Positions 33,127-36,431 of a DNA stretch of 36,431 bases are shown here, piece after piece (positions within the stretch are counted from its first letter, which is position 1; each line of letters begins with the position of its first letter). The stretch spans positions 1 to 36,431 of the forward strand of contig DAOVRI010000001.1 in NCBI GenBank assembly GCA_030628245.1. Direction: 5' to 3'. The translations under genes were made by a program, and so were the position numbers. The notes beneath the pieces were generated by a model, which was given only the letters and a program-made list of their open reading frames with translations, was not told the DNA's origin and searched no databases. This DNA is from Dehalococcoidales bacterium (GTDB lineage: Bacteria; Chloroflexota; Dehalococcoidia; Dehalococcoidales; RBG-16-60-22).

Positions 33127-34408
33127 AGTAGGTTTAATCGGCATAGCCGTTCTTTTGGTAATCCTGATAATGGGAGTGCATGTCGGTTTTGGTTTAATTC
33201 TCATCGGTTTTATCGGTTATGGGATCATAGGCGGCTTTCAGGGCGCCATTGCCAATCTGGCCATACTGCCGTTTGATAGACTGAACAATTACCATTTTGC
33301 CGTGCTGCCGCTCTTCCTGCTTATGGGCTCATTCGTCGCTAATAGCGGTGTAGGCAGGGAGGCATATGAGATGGCCCGTTCCTGGCTCGGGCATCTGAAA
33401 GGCGGCCTGGGTATGGCCACGGTTTTTGCCTGTGCAATGATTGCCGCCTGTGCCGGTACCAGCGCCGTCGGTGCGATACTCATGGGCCAGGTGGCTTACC
33501 CGGAGATGAAAAAAATGGGGTATAGTAGACAGTTAGCCTCCGGGTGTATCGCGGCCGGGGGCACCATGGGGATTTTGATACCGCCGAGCATGGGGTTTGT
33601 CCTTATCGGTATCCTCACGGAGTTGTCTATCGGCAAGCTTTTTATCGCCGGGATAATACCCGGTGTTCTCGAGGCTTTATTTTATGTGCTAACCATTTTC
33701 CTCTTGTGCAGGTTTAATCCGAAACTGGCCCCGGCATCGTTTAAAACGACCTGGAGAGATAAGGTGTTTTCCCTGAAGCTTACCTGGCCGGTAGTCCTTC
33801 TCTTTATCCTGATAATGGGAGGTATTTACGGCGGCATCTTTACACCAACAGAGGCCGGCGGCATCGGAGCCTTCGGGGCGCTGGTTATCGGTCTGGCCAA
33901 GAGAAAGCTAGGCCTTCACGGCGTCTGGGACTCCCTGATGGAGTGCGCGAGGTTGGTCGCCATGATTGTCGTCATGCTGATTGGCGCCTATATGTTTAAT
34001 GCCTTCCTAGCCATTACCCAGATTCCAACTACCATCAGTGAGTTTATCTCAGGACTGCCGGTACCACCTCTGGTTATCCTGGTTGCTGTCCTCATCTTTT
34101 ATATTATATGCGGCATGTTCTTTGATGTTCTTGCCGTACTTATCCTCACCATTCCTATCATGTACCCCTTGATGGAATCGCTGGGGTTCGACCTGATATG
34201 GTACAGCGTGCTCATGGTAAGGATTATCGAGATAGGAATGGTCACGCCGCCTTTCGGCATTAACCTGTTTATCCTTACCGGAGTTATTAATGAGCCTCTT
34301 GGCGTCCTCTACCGCGGTATAATACCATTCGTCATTGCCGACATATGCCATGTTGCCCTGCTGGTGGCTGTTCCTTCGCTCAGCACTTTCTTACCCAGTC
34401 TGATGTGA
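33113..34408 (+). CDS. dctM: TRAP transporter large permease (DctM-type)
   Basis: Polytopic membrane protein of about 431 aa. The ATG at 33113 (MGQTEVGLIG...) is preceded by AAGAGG and overlaps the dctQ stop. The ORF-track start at 33077 lies deeper inside dctQ. Confidence 0.9.
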   Translation: MGQTEVGLIGIAVLLVILIMGVHVGFGLILIGFIGYGIIGGFQGAIANLAILPFDRLNNYHFAVLPLFLLMGSFVANSGVGREAYEMARSWLGHLKGGLGMATVFACAMIAACAGTSAVGAILMGQVAYPEMKKMGYSRQLASGCIAAGGTMGILIPPSMGFVLIGILTELSIGKLFIAGIIPGVLEALFYVLTIFLLCRFNPKLAPASFKTTWRDKVFSLKLTWPVVLLFILIMGGIYGGIFTPTEAGGIGAFGALVIGLAKRKLGLHGVWDSLMECARLVAMIVVMLIGAYMFNAFLAITQIPTTISEFISGLPVPPLVILVAVLIFYIICGMFFDVLAVLILTIPIMYPLMESLGFDLIWYSVLMVRIIEIGMVTPPFGINLFILTGVINEPLGVLYRGIIPFVIADICHVALLVAVPSLSTFLPSLM

Positions 34409-34445
34409 CCTGTTACTCTCCCAAGAGATACCCGTTTTTAAAGCT

Positions 34446-34490
34446 AAAATCCCTCGAATCGATAAAGAGATTTCGGGGGATTTTACTTTT
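34446..34490 (+). terminator. Rho-independent terminator after dctM
   Basis: 13-bp stem AAAATCCCTCGAA / TTCGGGGGATTTT (one G-U pair) with a 13-nt loop, running into TTTTACTTTT. Confidence 0.55.
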
Positions 34491-34502
34491 ATACCGACCA
34501 GG

Positions 34503-34531
34503 TTGATAGCAGGGCCCATCACGAGTAGAAT
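34503..34531 (+). promoter_or_regulatory. sigma70-like promoter candidate (TTGATA-17-TAGAAT) for the aor gene
   Basis: TTGATA at 34503-34508, a 17-nt spacer, and TAGAAT at 34526-34531, immediately after the dctM terminator. Confidence 0.4.
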
Positions 34532-34569
34532 ATAGACATATTTCGGGATTGACCATGAAAGGAGCTTCA

Positions 34570-36384
34570 ATGACTGGAGGATACATGGGGAAACTCCTGT
34601 TCGTGAATCTCTCCACCGGAGAGATGAAAGAGGAGACGCCAAACGAAAGCCTGTGCCGGGATTTCATCGGGGGTTACGGCATCGGGGCCAGGATTCTTTA
34701 TAGTCGGCAGAGAGGTGGCGTAGACCCCCTGGGACCGGAAAATACTCTCGGCCTGATTACCGGCCCGCTCACCGGTACTCCGGCCACTCTTGGCTGCCGT
34801 TATGTAGCCGTGGCGAAATCACCCCTTACCGGCGGCTGGGGCGATGCCAATTCCGGAGGTCAATTCGGACCTTACCTTAAATTTGCCGGCTACGACGGGG
34901 TATTCTTTACCGGCGTTTCTGAAAAGCCGGTTTGCCTTTATGTCAACAATGGTAAAGCCGAACTGAGAGAGGCCACTCATATCTGGGGAAAGAGTACCTT
35001 CGAAACCGATGATACGCTGCAGGCCGAATACGGTAAGGCTGCCAGGTTCGTCAGCATCGGTCCGGCCGGTGAGAAACTCTCCCTCGTATCCTGCCTTATG
35101 AACCATGGAGGCGACGCCGCCGGGCGCTCAGGACTGGGGGCGGTCATGGGTTCCAAAAAGCTGAAGGCGGTGGTGGTAAAGGGAGATATGAAGGTCCCCG
35201 TAGCCGATATCGAAAGGGCCAACCGGGCGAGGCAGGAGCATATAGCCGAGATAAAGGGGCCCGGCCTCGAAATCTTTCACAAGTACGGCACCGGCGTACA
35301 TACCGACGAATCGGTCCATAGCGGCGACACGCCCGTGAAGAACTGGGGTGGCGTCGGTGTCATTGAACTACCCGATGTCTCCGGTTTTAACAAGGACCTG
35401 ATTGCCGCCAACGTGGAGAGCCGAACCGGCTGCTGGCACTGTCCCGTAGCCTGCCGCGGCACGCTCAAGGCGGGCGCCGGCGATTATAAATACCCGGCCG
35501 GCACTCATCGGCCGGAATACGAAACCATGGCCGCTTTCGGAGCGATGTGCTGTAATAATAACGCCGAGGCGATAGCCATGGCGAACCACGTCTGCAATAG
35601 CTACGGACTGGATACTATCTCCACCGGCACCATTATCGCCTTCGCCATGGAATGTTATGAGCACGGCATTATCTCCAAGAAAGATACGGACGGCATTGAG
35701 CTTACCTGGGGCAACCACCGGGCTATGGTAAAGTTGACCGAGAAGATAGCCCGGCGGGAGGGCTTCGGTGATGTCCTCGCCGACGGAGTCAGGGTTGCCG
35801 CCGGGAAAATCGGCAAGGCCGCCGAACAATATGCGGTACAAATCGGTGGGCAGGAACTCGGCCTGCACGACCCCAAGTTCGATTTCCCGTTTTTCAGGGG
35901 TAAGCCGACCGCTGCCAGGTACCAGATGGACGCAACCCCCGGCCGGCACACGGCTGGCTTCGGACCCAGCCAGTTTCTGGACCATGTAGTTAATGCCGCC
36001 GGATTCTGCCTGCACAGTGATACCCTTGTGGCTGAGCCCGGCAGGTATCTGGCGGGATTTATCAGCGCCGTGACCGGTTGGGAACGTTCCGCGGATGAGC
36101 TGCTCAAATACGGCGAGAGGATTGCCAATATAAGGCATGTCTTCACCCTGCGCGAAGGTATTAACCCTCGGAAGCTCAGGGTGCATGGCCGGATAATCGG
36201 TCGCCCTCCCCATAAAGAGGGCCCGCTGGCCAGTGTATCATCAGATATTGAGACGCAGATAGACGAGAACCTTGACGCCCTCGACTGGGACCGCGTAACC
36301 ACGAAACCGAGTAAGAAAAAACTCCTGGAACTGGGCCTGGATGATGTAGCCGAGGAGCTATGGCCCCCGCAGGGTACTCCTTGA
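34570..36384 (+). CDS. aor: tungsten-type aldehyde:ferredoxin oxidoreductase (AOR family)
   Basis: The ATG at 34570 lies 5 nt after AAAGGAG and gives MTGGYMGKLLFVNLSTGE. The GLGAVMGSKKLKAVVV block, the [4Fe-4S] motif CWHCPVAC and a later Cys in GFCLH support the AOR call. Confidence 0.9.
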   Translation: MTGGYMGKLLFVNLSTGEMKEETPNESLCRDFIGGYGIGARILYSRQRGGVDPLGPENTLGLITGPLTGTPATLGCRYVAVAKSPLTGGWGDANSGGQFGPYLKFAGYDGVFFTGVSEKPVCLYVNNGKAELREATHIWGKSTFETDDTLQAEYGKAARFVSIGPAGEKLSLVSCLMNHGGDAAGRSGLGAVMGSKKLKAVVVKGDMKVPVADIERANRARQEHIAEIKGPGLEIFHKYGTGVHTDESVHSGDTPVKNWGGVGVIELPDVSGFNKDLIAANVESRTGCWHCPVACRGTLKAGAGDYKYPAGTHRPEYETMAAFGAMCCNNNAEAIAMANHVCNSYGLDTISTGTIIAFAMECYEHGIISKKDTDGIELTWGNHRAMVKLTEKIARREGFGDVLADGVRVAAGKIGKAAEQYAVQIGGQELGLHDPKFDFPFFRGKPTAARYQMDATPGRHTAGFGPSQFLDHVVNAAGFCLHSDTLVAEPGRYLAGFISAVTGWERSADELLKYGERIANIRHVFTLREGINPRKLRVHGRIIGRPPHKEGPLASVSSDIETQIDENLDALDWDRVTTKPSKKKLLELGLDDVAEELWPPQGTP

Positions 36385-36431
36385 TTTGGGTTTAGATAAT
36401 ATTCCTTACTTCTATGCGAGAAGGGAGAAAG

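Noticed and set aside
35368-36302. Two overlapping minus-strand ORFs (281 and 215 aa)
   Set aside because: Both are antisense shadows inside the AOR gene. They have no recognisable motifs and no ribosome-binding sites.

Overview
This window is a densely coding catabolic island of about 26 genes. I saw no rRNA, tRNA, CRISPR array, transposase/integrase or transcription regulator. The host looks like a strict anaerobe and probably a monoderm. Support for that: strong AGGAGG Shine-Dalgarno sites, several GTG/TTG starts, and two lipobox lipoproteins, one of them a solute-binding protein tethered by a Pro-Ala linker. The taxon cannot be determined from this window; a Dehalococcoidia/Chloroflexota-like or Firmicutes-like organism is only a guess.

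Layout:
- Left arm (+): a DUF35 protein plus an SCP-x-type thiolase, closed by a clean intrinsic terminator. Then two tandem acyl-CoA dehydrogenases, an M24-fold hydrolase, a KstD/fumarate-reductase-like flavoprotein and a 4-hydroxybutyrate-type CoA-transferase.
- Core operon (+): a trio of FAD-linked oxidase, CCG Fe-S protein and FAD-linked oxidase. Then 4-hydroxybutyryl-CoA dehydratase (AbfD), an Fe-alcohol dehydrogenase, an alpha/beta hydrolase, a pyrogallol-transhydroxylase (AthL)-like molybdopterin subunit and UbiX.
- Converging on it (-): a second, diverged paralogous FAD/Fe-S/FAD trio, a CoA-acylating methylmalonate/malonate-semialdehyde dehydrogenase and a small ferritin-like protein.
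- Right arm: a stand-alone chagasin-like lipoprotein (+). A URO-D-like protein plus a UbiD decarboxylase (-). A TRAP transporter split into dctP (-) and dctQM (+). A tungsten-type aldehyde:ferredoxin oxidoreductase (+).

Most interesting:
- The duplicated, inverted three-subunit flavin/Fe-S module, one copy of which has a cysteine-depleted CCG domain.
- The AthL-like Mo subunit with no beta subunit in the window, co-transcribed with UbiX.
- The URO-D-like/UbiD pair next to the TRAP system.
- The AbfD/AbfT/ADH 4-hydroxybutyrate branch embedded among these genes.

All functional calls rest on motif and family recognition by eye. No database search was possible.
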